A stretch of 64,000 nt of DNA from Lytechinus pictus. Its lineage: Eukaryota. The notes beneath the pieces are model-generated. The model saw only the letters and a list, made by a program, of their open reading frames with translations, had not been told where the DNA came from and did not search any database. A program made the position numbers and the translations under genes. The stretch spans positions 11,286,001-11,350,000 of the forward strand of contig NC_087250.1 in the NCBI RefSeq assembly GCF_037042905.1, in the 5' to 3' direction. Below, piece by piece: positions 40,331 through 52,241 of this stretch. The stretch's first letter is position 1. Each line of letters opens with the position of its first letter.

Positions 40331-42115
40331 AATTAGTGGCGTGCGTTTCCCGATCTCCGTATCGAAATCAATATTAATGAGAGAGCGCAATTTCATTGTT
40401 TTCGCTCTAATGGGGGAGGGGAGGGGGAGAGGGTCAGTGTTCAATCAAGCAAAAGACGTAGGCCTATATGTGCATAAGTCCATGTCATTGGTGTAATGAT
40501 AAAGATGATGAATCTGATGAATTCTGTTTGTCGACGTTATAATAAAGTTAATACAATCAATATGATTCAGGCGTACACCGCTTTAACTGCATGGTATCAT
40601 GCATCCAGAAATCGAAATAGCCGATGTATTCAAAACGTACGTAGCCGGGATGGCATGCAGTTCGGATGTTACAGTACTCTAACATTAGAATAATCTCGTA
40701 TTACAAATGTCAATTTTGCGAAAATGCACACAAATTCATAACTTGATAGACTCTGGGGGATGATGTCGATATAAAAATCGCATCGACCTCGATATGCAAG
40801 CATGTTTGATACTGCGTCGGACTTGACAACCCGCAAAATCTTTTCCAAAATTAGATGAAGGCCATCCATTCTCATTCTTTTTAATCTAAATATAATCTAT
40901 GTATTTCAGGATCATGATATGAAAACCTTTTATAACAAACATGATAAAGGAAAAACGCGTCTCAAGTTATACATGGTTCATTGCCGCAAAATATACCAAT
41001 CATCTTCATTTGTTATCATTTAATCATCAACATTATCACTGATATTATTATTCGTATTATCATGTCCGTTAATATCACTTCAAAGTTATAATTATCATTA
41101 TATCATCATCACTGTTATCATCATCACCATCATCATTCATTCAGTATCTATTTCCAATCGTTCTCCAATATCAATTTTATATTTTATATAATTAAGAATA
41201 TATGAAAGGTAATAGTAATGATAATGGTGATGCTGGTAATCATGAACATTAGATCCGTTTTGTGAGATAATTTATGCGATTTTACACGCTAATCGCTACT
41301 CGATGATGGTGAAAGAAAGAAGTCGGGACGGTAGTTACTGTATACACGTACTTTATTACACTATAGTACAAAAGATTCCCCATCGGACGGGCCAACGGTC
41401 TTTTGAAATAGGTTTATCTATTGAAATTATGACAATAATCACGACAGCGGATATGGGGAACTATTCTCTGAGCGCCTCTCCCATTCATTGTTGTCTGTGG
41501 CGAACCCGTTGAGCGTGCCATTGTCAATGATTCTCTACACGGGTGAGTGATCTTGCTTTTTCATGATCATAGGCCTGGGCAATGACTAAGAACAGTTCGA
41601 TGAGTATCAATGCCAAGTAATCCTGAAAGGTCAATAATGTTAAATTCTCTTGCTGGAGAAGACTATATCATGGCCCTATTTGCTTTTGCTGTAGGCCAGT
41701 TGTGTACAACCTGATATAGATGATAAATAATAATTATCTTTCATCTATTTTAGAGTAATGATCTAATGTTAATATCATTCTACATAATCACCCTGAAGCT
41801 TACGGCCCCATATCTTCACCCGTGAGGTATTGAAATTTGAAGTTTAAATTATTGAACATCATGGCATCCTAGTATTGTACTGATTTTTACCATCACTGCA
41901 ATATAGATACAAACATAGAGTTAATTCTACTCACATTGATTTTACTTTAGAACAAATTCAACCCCCCCCCTTCCCTTCCCGCTACAACCTTTCTTTCATT
42001 CCCTTTCAATATTTCCTTACAAAAAATGATCCTAATTTCAATAACTATGATAATGACATATATGATTTGCTGTTGACGATAATGATGCTGCTGATGATAG
42101 TGATGATAATCAAAA

Positions 42116-42148
<33 letters not shown>

Positions 42149-42863
42149 ATGGTGAATGTGGTAGTGGTAGCCTTGGTGATTATGACAAATAAAAATACTG
42201 AAAGTTACGAAAGTCACACATTCAATGAATAATACCTAGAAACATACTTTTAGATGAAATAAAAATCACACACAATTTGTGCAACTTGTAAGCCTCCCAT
42301 TTAGTTTATTCTTATTTTTTTAACTGAATTGTGTCCGCTTATATTCCTTCTTGATGATAATTTAAAGCTTTTAAGTTTATAATTATATTGGTAAATCCCG
42401 GTCAGAAAAGTTCATGTCACCATTCCATTCCTGAGTACTATATAATATCAAGGAGATGATATCTCCTTGATTATATGAGCATGGCCCTAAAGTGATTGTG
42501 ATGTGATAGGTATGAAATCAAATGTGTTTTATTGGAAAATTTAGCCCTTTTCACACATTCTTTTTTTTCCAGCGATTTGGCGACCGATCAAAATGTCTGT
42601 GTATTTTGAATTGGAAACCATCTATCGGGACAGACTTCAAGATGTAGGTCTGAATAACATTGCAACATACTTCGTTTGGTGCTCAAAAGGTTATTTCTAA
42701 AATAGAACATCATCGAGAAATGGTGCTTGATTCATGACATCTGAAGAAAAAAATCCGATGACCACTGCACTTTTGTAAACATTTTAAAATGCTTGTTAAT
42801 ACTCGACAAAATTCAAAAGACAAAATTACGTATTATTTACCAAAGTTAATCGAAGAGTTTTAA

Positions 42864-43256
42864 AGAGAAATTCCAGTATTTGCAGTAAACACTGATTTCA
42901 TGAGAAAGTCTGTAAAACAAGGCTTAATTGTCAGTATATCATCGAGGATCTAGATCTGGTACATTACATAAACTGAACTTTGTGAAATCTTGAAATCTAC
43001 GCTGAAAAATGTTCACACTGAAGATCACCAACACAGATAGGCACACGTGGGACAGTGTATTATTATTGCTAAAATAAAGACCCGACGGAAGTTACCGAAT
43101 CCGCGCTTATTTTGCTTATTTCTCAGCAATTACACAATTTCTTCCAGAATCCTTTGGCACATATTTTTTATTCATACAAACAGACACTTAGGTGGTCATT
43201 ATATTAGATTCTGTAAAAAGTCATTTTTAGATCGTTACCAAAACTGGAATTTATCT
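42864..43256 (-). mobile_element. Kolobok-like MITE, same family as 15355-15740
   Basis: ttaa|agagaaattccag ... ctggaatttatct|ttaa. The internal sequence is a diverged reverse complement of the satellite-embedded copy. Confidence 0.8.
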
Positions 43257-43649
43257 TTAACATGACAATTAGAACAATAAATTAAACACTACCCATGCAG
43301 AGAACGATCGAGATGAGAATAAAAACTTGATCAGATGATGTAATATACTGATAAGCTTTTTCTTTATCTTCCTTTTTCCTCTTCGTATTCTTCCTCATCT
43401 CTCATTATTATTCTCATCCCTTTTTACTTCTCCCCCATTCTACATGTACGTCTGCTTCTCCTTGGTAATTCTTCTTCTCCTCCTCCTTCTCCCACCTCAC
43501 CGATTTATGAAGATAAAATTATAATGAAATAATAGAAATGTTTATGAAGATAATACTTATAATAGAGAAATGAAGATGATTGCGATTGTAACAGCGGTGA
43601 TGACGATATTGATAATTATGAGAGGTCATAGACCATGTACAGCAAAAAG

Positions 43650-44021
43650 TATCAGACGCAATTTCAAATATGATTACATGACGTTTTCGATACGAAATAT
43701 TAATCATAAATCTAGATCTAGTACATTAATATACACTTATTTTTGTAGAATAATGAAATCGCCGCTCAATATCGATAATTCTGATGATGACTAAAACATA
43801 AAAGCATACGTGGGACAGTGTATTATAATATTGCCTCGAAAAATACCTGACACTTGATGGAATTCCGTGCTTATATCGCTCATTTCTCAGCACGATTTTC
43901 TTTCACAGGGCTATTTGGCAAATATTTTTCATTTATACAAACAAACACTCCGTTGGTAAATTTCATTGGATTCTGATCGAACTAATTTTCAGATCGTGAC
44001 CACATTTGGTATTCATCTTCA
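43650..44021 (-). mobile_element. Older diverged relative of the Kolobok-like MITE
   Basis: Shares tctagatctagtacatta, gtgggacagtgtatta, tttctcagca and agatcgtgacca with 42864-43256. Confidence 0.55.
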
Positions 44022-45311
44022 ATTCCGAACATTACGTTTAATACGTTAAACCAATTAAATGAAGTTACATACTTTAGTCTGTTATAATTTGTTTATATGT
44101 ACTCTCATACCCCGAGAGGGGATCGATGGGGTGAATAAAATGTAAATCTAAATCAGGGGCGGATCCAGCCTCCGCCACTGCATGTCTTCCCCTCTGTTCC
44201 CCTTTCACTCTTTCCCTTTTCCCCCTTTATTTCTCCCCCCCCCCCCCATCGTCCACCAGATCTCTCTTCTTCTTTCCCCTTATTTTCTGTCTCTATCCAT
44301 TCCATATTCCAATTTGCCCCCTCCCCCCTCTCCCGTTGATTCGATCCTAAATTTCTTCCCCTCTCAAATTTCCATTTTTTTTTCTCTTTCAACTGTTTTT
44401 CCTCCATATTTTTTTCACCCTTCCTCTTCCTCCATCCCAATGTTTTTTTCTTATTTTCTCTCTGTTTCCCCTTCCTTTTCTCTCCCTATCCTTAGTTTTC
44501 TTCTTCCTCGTTTCATCTTCTCTTTTGGTCCCGCTTCTTTAAAACAAGGAGATAAAGAAAATTAAGAGACAATAATTATGTTATCCTGGGGAAATGGTTG
44601 CCCGTCCAAAAATTGAACAAACTATTTTTAACAGTTTCTAATAAATCTTTGATCTATCTATGCTTTATAGTGCCAAGCTGTTCCGGTCATATTCATTTCA
44701 TCTTTCCATTTCCTTCGCTTTATTTTATTTTTATTTTTTTTTTTTTGGGGGGGGGGGCTCCCGACACTTGTTTCAGATGCGAGTAATAATAAATATTCCA
44801 AGTTGACGTGAATTGTACGAATGGCTTGGGCCTACGAAACGAAAATGTGTGGAATCTTATTTTCCCACCTAAAACATCATGAATTGACCCTCTTCCAATG
44901 CGAAAAAGGAGGTTTTCATGGTTATTGCAGCAAATTCGAAAGATCAGTAACGATTTATGACACGTGCGTGATTTTGGATTAAGCTACTGTGGCTTTATGA
45001 ATGCACCCGAACTTCTATTATAGATGCGAACCATAGTTCAGAACAGTGACCCGAACTCTCCGATCCGACAATAAATATAAAGGCACGCCTTTGTTTTGGT
45101 CGTAGAGGGAGCTATTTAGAATAGATTCTCCGGTTTTTCGACAGAAATTAAGACTTGCAGGAAAGACGAACAAAAGAACGGTGGCATCAATGGGCCTTTG
45201 ATGGCGGCCGTTCCTTTGAAGAGAAGGGAACGTTGGGCAGGAAAGCCGAAGCGAAAACCCGGATGCAGTAAAGACGGTATAGAACGGTGCATGGACTTTT
45301 GACAAGCTCCC

Positions 45312-45788
45312 TAACTGTACAATTTTTGAATATCTTCACTTTCGATCTCATCATGATGAACGGTGTTACCTTTCCCGAGTTTTTTCAACTCCACCAGCGC
45401 TGCTTTGAACGCCACATTAGCCTTGGTAAATTCTGGATCCTTTACCATATCAATTACATCTGAACGCACAGATTTATGGTGCCTATTCAAGCAAGATTTC
45501 AGAGAATTTAACGATGCTGTTTTGTAATGTGATCCGTCCGATTTACGTAATTCCACATAGAACTTTACGTAATTCCACATAGAACTTACTCAGAATTGGA
45601 GCGAGTGTGCTCTTGTCCACAGTCTCCAAATCAATATCGATGCATTTCTCAAACAGATACTCCTTGAAAAGTGTGATCGCTTGCTTTGTAGATCTCTTAG
45701 TGCTGTCTGCATCCTTATTTCCAAGAATTTTACTAAATTCTTCTTCGTCGAAGCTTGCGAAACGCTTTGGTTTCGTGGAGGCAGCCAT
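45312..45788 (-). pseudogene. Crypton ORF N-terminal (core-binding) part
   Basis: MAASTKPKRFAS...STKRST...FKEYL...LSKFYVELRKSDGSHYKTASL...LNRH...KKLGKGNTVHH, typical of DUF3504/Crypton proteins. Frameshifted by a 22-bp tandem duplication at 45542-45585. Confidence 0.85.
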
Positions 45789-46132
45789 CTTGAGATTGCG
45801 AAATACTCTGTTTACGAATACAACGCCAGCTACGCCCGGCCCGCGCCCGCTGCTCAAAATTATTTTACGTACAAAACCTATGCACCAGCAAGAATCGCCT
45901 GCGGCGGGATTCGGGTAACAAAAATTCGGAGAAAATTTAAGAATGCCCGGATGTTAGCGCTGCCTTTTATTGCCCGCTACATTTCCACGCATTTTCTCAT
46001 TGACTTTCTTGAGCGGTCAATAAATTGGGCCCGTGGATAAACAAATTGAATTTTATTGACCGGCCATTTGATCCCAGGATTAAGCAGGCAACAATGTTTT
46101 AAAGTTGCCCTGCTCAGATGTCTGATACGGTT

Positions 46133-46434
46133 AATAATACATCATGTTTAATTGTATCGAATGCTGAAGAAATATCGAGCAGTACAAGAATGGTTTCATT
46201 TCCCTTGTCTAAGGAAGAGTCGATGTCGTTTGAAACTTTCAACAGAGCTGTTTCACAACTATGAAATGGGCGATATGCAGACTAAATTGGAGACTACAGA
46301 TCACTATCTGATAGATAATTCTGAATCTGTAGCACTGCAGCTCTTTTAATGATTTTACCTAGAAATGCTAGGTTTGCAACAGGTCGATAATTCTTCAGCT
46401 CCTCTTGGCGAATTTAGGGCTCTTGAGAAGAGGG
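46133..46434 (-). pseudogene. LINE A, RT N-terminal segment between Crypton and Gypsy
   Basis: Reads KNYRPVANLAFLGKII...SAYRPFHSCETALLKVSNDI...LVLLDISSAFDTIKHDV with internal stops. Confidence 0.88.
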
Positions 46435-46588
46435 TGTTTCGATATCAAAATTGATATCTAAGCACTTCATACACCTCCCGCAACATGGATACCAAGCCTG
46501 TTGATTGACCTGCCTAGCTGGCCTGTATAATAAAACTGTATATAAGTTCACTACCAAAGTCTCCACCAGAGTCCTTTGTATTGGATCA
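46435..46588 (+). repeat. 5' LTR
   Basis: Direct repeat of 52088-52241 with 5 mismatches by eye. Contains tataataaa. Confidence 0.95.
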
Positions 46589-46600
46589 TGGTGGCAGCTG
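46589..46600 (+). promoter_or_regulatory. Primer binding site, probably tRNA-Leu type
   Basis: tggtggcagc immediately after the 5' LTR. Confidence 0.7.
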
Positions 46601-47238
46601 AAACCAGTGATCGCTTTTGAAATGACAAGGATCAAGTAACCAGCTACTGTTGGGAAGTAAACTGCATGTCTTTTTACCGAAATTCGCATGCTTCATAACC
46701 TACTAACCACTGGTACGGGTGCCCGCTCGCACCGGCTATCGCATCGCTACTGTACGTGAATACCGTACTGTGCATACTCAATGCACTGTCACAGCAAACC
46801 AAATCGTGTTGTCAGAAGGAGCGAGATGCCAACGGTGACTGGAAACAATCAAATATAGCCTGAGTAAGTTATAACTGTGTTCAATCACTGGCACAGAGGT
46901 CTGCATCAGAAGATCAACATACACTAAAAGTTGATAAAACCTAAATAACTTAATTTTCTGGACTGGAGTGTGAACAACGAAATAATATTTTCCTAATATT
47001 AATTGTAAATCTGGAGTGTGAGAAGTGAGTGGGAGTGACCAGCATTTTCACTGCATGAAACACCTGATGACATTCACACAGGGCTGTGAGTGCGTTACAG
47101 GTATCATCACCAGTCGACCTGTGACTGTAAGGAGCGTTCACACGTGGATATAATCAGACATTAATATCTACACTCATTTATTTAAATACCTAATACGTAC
47201 AGGGAACATACACAATTAGTAGTGGAAAATATCCAGAA

Positions 47239-48300
47239 ATGAACTGGGAGGCAACAGACCTACCCGAAGAATTCCAGCTTTTCAGACAAAGAATGGAACT
47301 GATTCTAGCAGACCAAGACATAACTGATCAGAGAAAAGTGTCTATGAAAATCAAGATTGCTGTTGGCAATGAAGGCTTGCGTCGAATCAATGCATCGGGG
47401 CTATCAGAGACCGATAAAGAAAAACCGCAAGAGCTATGGAGACTATTAGAGGCACAGTTAAAGGTCAATATCAATTTTCGCATACACCGCTTAGAGCTAA
47501 TGCGGTACAGGCAGAAAACAGATGAAACGATCGATGAATTCGTAACCAGGTGTAGGGACAAAGCCAAAAATTGCGATTTCGAGGAAGCTGAGTTAAATGA
47601 GCGAATCATGGAGCCAGTGATTGCGTCAACTCCAAGTCTCGAATTCCAAAAGTCATTGCTAGATCAACCGAAAGGTAACAAGGTCAAACAAATTTTGGTA
47701 GAAGGTCGTAAATACGAGGCAGTCGCTGCGAGCCGACATTAAGGAGCTTTCGATTTGCACGTCGACTAGTGGACTGCGACGAAAGTACGTCATAATAGCC
47801 TGCTTTGTGTTTACGGTATACAGAACCCCTGGAGTAAATCACCACGTGGCTTCAATCAATGGGCAAGGATTTGATTGCTCGTTTACTACGTTTTGAACGA
47901 GCGTGATCTGAGCGAAATCCACGTTCGTCATCATGAAGTTGACGTGTCAGGAATGGCTTGCACATGCTCAGTGTCTTCCAATCATGTGATCGACTGACTT
48001 TGTATACCATCAACACAAAGCAGACTACTATGACGTACTTTCGTCGCAGTCCACTAGTCGACGTGCAAATCGAAAGCTCCCTAATGTCTTGAGACACTAG
48101 ACCCTAAACAGAATATCGATTCGTTCAAGCGTAACCAGGGACGAAAAGCGTGTGGTAACTGCGGACGTTTCCACAAACCTCGTCAATGCCCTGCGTATGA
48201 CGATGAGTGCCGTGCCTGTGGCACCAAGGGCCATTGGGCCAAATTTTGTCATAAATCGAAAAATGATCGTAGTCGTAAACAGAATCGTTGATCAGATGAC
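47239..48300 (+). pseudogene. Gypsy gag with two zinc knuckles, interrupted by a MITE
   Basis: ORF 47239-47742 has RQKTDETIDEFVTRCR. After the MITE the sequence reads CGNCGRFH...CPAYDDECRACGTKGHWAKFC (~48150-48250). Confidence 0.85.
47742..48081. mobile_element. ~340-bp Harbinger-like MITE in gag
   Basis: ~80-bp TIRs ggagctttcgatttgcacgtcgactagtggactgcgacgaaagtacgtcata / tatgacgtactttcgtcgcagtccactagtcgacgtgcaaatcgaaagctccc, with TTA/TAA flanks. Confidence 0.88.
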
Positions 48301-48312
48301 CGAAGATCCGAC

Positions 48313-51300
48313 ATGGTATCTGATGATCGGAAACCAAAACAAAACAAATCACGATCAAAGTCGAAAAGTGGAAAGAGTAAACCTATAAGCCAAATGGACA
48401 TAACACATGATACTACCACAGATCATGATTATTATCAATCTACAGATAGTCCATTCAACGTAGCACAATTCGACACCATACACACTAGTGGACCACACAC
48501 AGTTGTAAATCCAGAAGGTACTGTAGCATTTGCTAACATTGACATAATATGCCCACAGAGAGTAGGTCAATATACGCTTTACCTAAAAGTGGACTCGGGG
48601 GCAAGTGCTAACACTATCACAGTACGTACCGCCAAAGCAATATACGGTCGAAACAGGGAATCAGTAGTGAAGCAAACAACAATCAAACTTATAGCTTACG
48701 GAGAGATACCAATTCCATGTAAGGGTACACTAGACATAAAGTTTAGATACAAGAGTACAAAATGGTCAGCACAGACATTCTATGTAGCAGATGTCAATGG
48801 TCCAGCGATCCTAGGGATGTTAGGTTGCACTGACCTTGGAATTATCACAATTCACTCAATGCACGACAAAACACCTACATCCATTCCTCAACCTAAACAA
48901 ACACCTATTACAAGTGTAAGGAATCTCAAACAAGAATATCTTAATCAGTTTGACGCTATTGGTAGTTTCCAGGGGAAGGCAATGCTTCATGTCAAGGACG
49001 ATGCTAAACCTACCATAGACGCACCCCGCAAGTGCAGCGTACACTTGAAAGACAAAATCAAGGCGAAACTGGACAATATGGAGCAGCAAAGAGTCATCAG
49101 AAAAATCGAGTACCACACTGATTGGTGCAGCTCCATGACCACTGTTGTGAAGAAAGATGGATCCATCAGGATTTGTCTTGACCCCAGGAGGTTAAATGAT
49201 GCCTTGAAGAGATGCCCGCACAAGGTACCAACCTTGGGAGAGGTCCAACCTGTCTTCGCAGGAGCCCAGTACTTCTCTAAGTTAGACGCGAAGGCTGGTT
49301 ACTTGTCGGTTCACCTATCAGAGGAGTGCCAGGATCTCACCACATTCCGTACACCATTTGGAAGGTACTGCTTCCAAAGACTATCATTTGGGTTATGTAC
49401 TAGTCAGGATATCTTCCAGCAGCGTATGGATAGGATATTCCAAAATGTGCCAGGCTGCATATGCATCGCAGATGACATAGCGATCGTAGGAAGAACTGAG
49501 GAGGAACACGATAGGAATCTCTACTTACTCATGGAGACGGCAAAGCAAGAAGGCTTAGTGTTCAACAGCTCCAAGTGTACTATCAAGAAGGAAGCCATCA
49601 ACTTCTTTGGTTCCAAGAACACTAGATCAGGTATCTACCCAGATCCCAGCAAGGTAGAAGCTATCACATCAATGCCATCACCCAAGGACAAGAAAGATGT
49701 TCAGAGAAGCCTAGGATTATTCACATACCTAGCAGCATACATTCCTAACTTCTCAGAGAAGTCAGCGCCACTTCGAGAACTTCTACAGAAGGAAGTACCA
49801 TTCATTTGGGACGATGATCATGAACATTCCTTGAACAGCCCGAAAAGTACAGTATCATCAGGTGCATGTCTACAATTCTATGACCCAAAGAAAGAGACAA
49901 CTCTTGACGTAGATGCATCGATGAAAGGGCTAGGAACATGCCTGCTCCAGCAAGGCAAACCATTTGCATCCAAAAGTCTTTCCACTGCACAGTCTTTCCA
50001 CTGCACAGTCCAACTATTCCAACATAGAGAGGGAAACCTTAGCCGTAGTGTTTGGTATCAACCGCTTCCATAAATATCTATTCGGGAAGGAATTCACCGT
50101 CATAACACATCACAGACCATTGGAGATGATATGGAAGAAACCTCTTAGAAGTGCACCTCCACGTCTACAGAGATTGCTTATTAAAGTCCAAGGATACCGA
50201 AGTCAAGTCAAGTATCGACCAAGAAAAGACATGATTATTTCCGATACATTGAGCCGACTTCATAATCCCAAGGAAGCACGCGATGTTCCGCTAGATGTCA
50301 GAGTGGAATCCATCTGCTCTGAAGCCGAAGATTCGCACCAGATTGACTTGATATACTTTGGACAACACAAGAGAACAGAGCTTCAGAGAGAAACAGCTAA
50401 TGACCATGTTCTCAGATCACTATGGCAAATAGTCACTCAGGGATGGCCTGAGACCATCCAAGAATTGCCGACATCCCTTCGTCAATTTTGGTCTTACAGA
50501 GATGAAATCGGAGTATCACACGGAGTACTCTTCAAGGGAAGTCAAGTCATCATACTGAAGACACTAAGGAATGACATCCTTAGACAGCTTCACCTAGGAC
50601 ACATGGGAATCGTGAGACAGTGTTCTGGCCAAAAATCAACAAGGACATTGATCAGTTGATAAAGCAGTGTGAAACATGCCAGAAACACCAAGCAAGACAG
50701 CAGAAAGAGCCACTGCATCCCCATGATGTACCACCAGCACCATGGACCAGACTAGGAACCGACTTGTTCATGCTCAATAGACAAGAGTATCTACTCGTTA
50801 CTGATTACTATTCCAAGTATCCGATCATTGCTATGCTAACCAATACATCCAGTGCAGCTATAGCAAGAGAGATGACGGGAATCTTCAGTCTGTTCGGTCC
50901 ACCATAAGAGATTGTGTCCGACAACGGTCCACAATTTTTCGGGAAACCATTCCAAGACATGTGCAAGAAGTGGAATATCAAGCACATCACTTCTTCACCG
51001 CACTATCCAAAATCCAACAGATTAGCTGAGAGAATTGTTCGTACAATCAAAAATATTTTGACGCAGTGTTCTCAAACTAGCCAAGACAGTCAACTAGCCA
51101 TGCTGCACCTGAGAGCAACACCAGTTGACAATAATCTGAGATCACCAGCAGAGATGTTGTTTGGAACACCAATCCGAACCACATTGCCAAGTCACTATCT
51201 TTCGAGAGATTCTGCTGCCACCGAGTTTCTCTTGAATAGGCAATCACAATGAAGGAAGTGCATGATCGACATGCAAGTTCTGATTTGCCACCACTGCATG

Positions 51301-51644
51301 TAGGACAGCCAGTGAGGGTTCTGCATCCAAGAGACCACACTTGGATACCAGCCAAGGTATCCAAGGTCTGTGAAGAACCTCGATCCTACGAAGTTTCAAC
51401 GCCGAACGGAGGAATCTTGAGGAGAAATAGATCTCACTTGAGGGAAGTTCCATCCACCAACCCAACTCCGAAGCGTGTGAGGTTCGACGAAGACCACTCC
51501 ACAGAAACTCAACCAGAGGAAGACAACGTCCAACAATCACCAATGTCCAACTCTAACGCTAATCAATCTCAACAGACATACTCACAAACTACGAGATCTG
51601 GACGCACTATTCGCAAACCAGAGAAATCCATGTTTGAAGATTGA
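48313..51644 (+). pseudogene. Gypsy pol (protease, RT, RNase H, integrase), fragmented
   Basis: KVDSGAS (protease); IRICLDPRRLN, FSKLDAKAG, CIADD (RT); DVDAS, YSNIERE (RNase H); HLGH..CETC, GTDLF, SDNGPQF (integrase). Several frameshifts and stops. Confidence 0.93.
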
Positions 51645-52074
51645 ACATTATGAGCACTCTAAATTCTCAAACAAAGAAGAGAAAGACAAGAAAGAAGAAC
51701 AACACTGAAGACATTAGTGTAATTTAAAAGTTTATTATATGCATGTATAATCATTGTACATTATTTTTTTGTATGTCAAGATAGTGTTTACGAAATTATC
51801 AGAAAGACACTAAAGCCAAAACTTATTGTTTGGAAATATTGATTTCAGGATCAATCCGGTTATCCAAATTATTTTCAGTTTTGCACAAGATTGAAGTTAT
51901 GTAAAATTGAAAATGCACACAGTTTATCACAAATTGATATCATTCTCACGAAACAAACAATTTCTATATTATTATCTGATATATCATAACTAAGCCAAAT
52001 TCCCAAAATTTGCAGACTACCAAAAGTATTGTTTGAAAACAATATCATTGAAATTTGAAATTCTGAATCCTATC

Positions 52075-52087
52075 AGAAGAAGGGGGA
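52075..52087 (+). promoter_or_regulatory. Polypurine tract
   Basis: agaagaaggggga abutting the 3' LTR. Confidence 0.85.
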
Positions 52088-52241
52088 TGGTACGATATCA
52101 GTATTGATATCTAAGCACTTCATACACCTCCCGCAACATGGATACCAAGCCCGTTGATTGACCTGCCTAGCTGGCCTGTATAATAAAACTGTATATAAGT
52201 TCACTACCAAAGTCTCCACCAGAGTCCTTTGTATTGGATCA
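52088..52241 (+). repeat. 3' LTR
   Basis: Direct repeat of 46435-46588. Confidence 0.95.

Larger units (their letters stand above)
34669..45311. mobile_element. Large non-autonomous PIF/Harbinger-like element (10.6 kb including nested repeats)
   Basis: TAA TSDs at 34666-34668 and 45312-45314. Imperfect TIRs ggcgtgttgtcaaaagt / acttttgacaagctccc. Excision restores Crypton codons KLYS-YFKE. Confidence 0.82.
28499..46132 (-). mobile_element. Crypton-type tyrosine recombinase DNA transposon, interrupted by LINE D and a Harbinger-like element
   Basis: Bounded by a 7-bp direct repeat AATAATA (28492-28498, 46133-46139). Removing it restores LINE A codons HDV-LLQR. The recombinase ORF survives in three pieces. 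Confidence 0.85.
46435..52241 (+). mobile_element. Gypsy/Ty3 LTR retrotransposon (Mag-like), full length but decayed
   Basis: 154-bp LTRs (TG...CA), 5-bp TSD GAGGG (46430-46434, 52242-52246), PBS, PPT, and gag-PR-RT-RH-IN order. Confidence 0.95.

Noticed and set aside
42070..42190. (GAT)/(GGT)-rich stretch resembling an acidic/Gly-rich exon
   Set aside because: Degenerate trinucleotide microsatellite without ORF or splice support.
44154..44180. 27-bp caggggcgga...tccgccactg collapsed TIR pair
   Set aside because: No TSD is identifiable and it is too short to call as an element.
44153..44565. 95-aa and 127-aa ORFs
   Set aside because: Low-complexity polypyrimidine tract.
46808..46820. Second PBS-like tgttgtcagaag in the Gypsy leader
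   Set aside because: Lacks the TGG start and is not adjacent to an LTR end.
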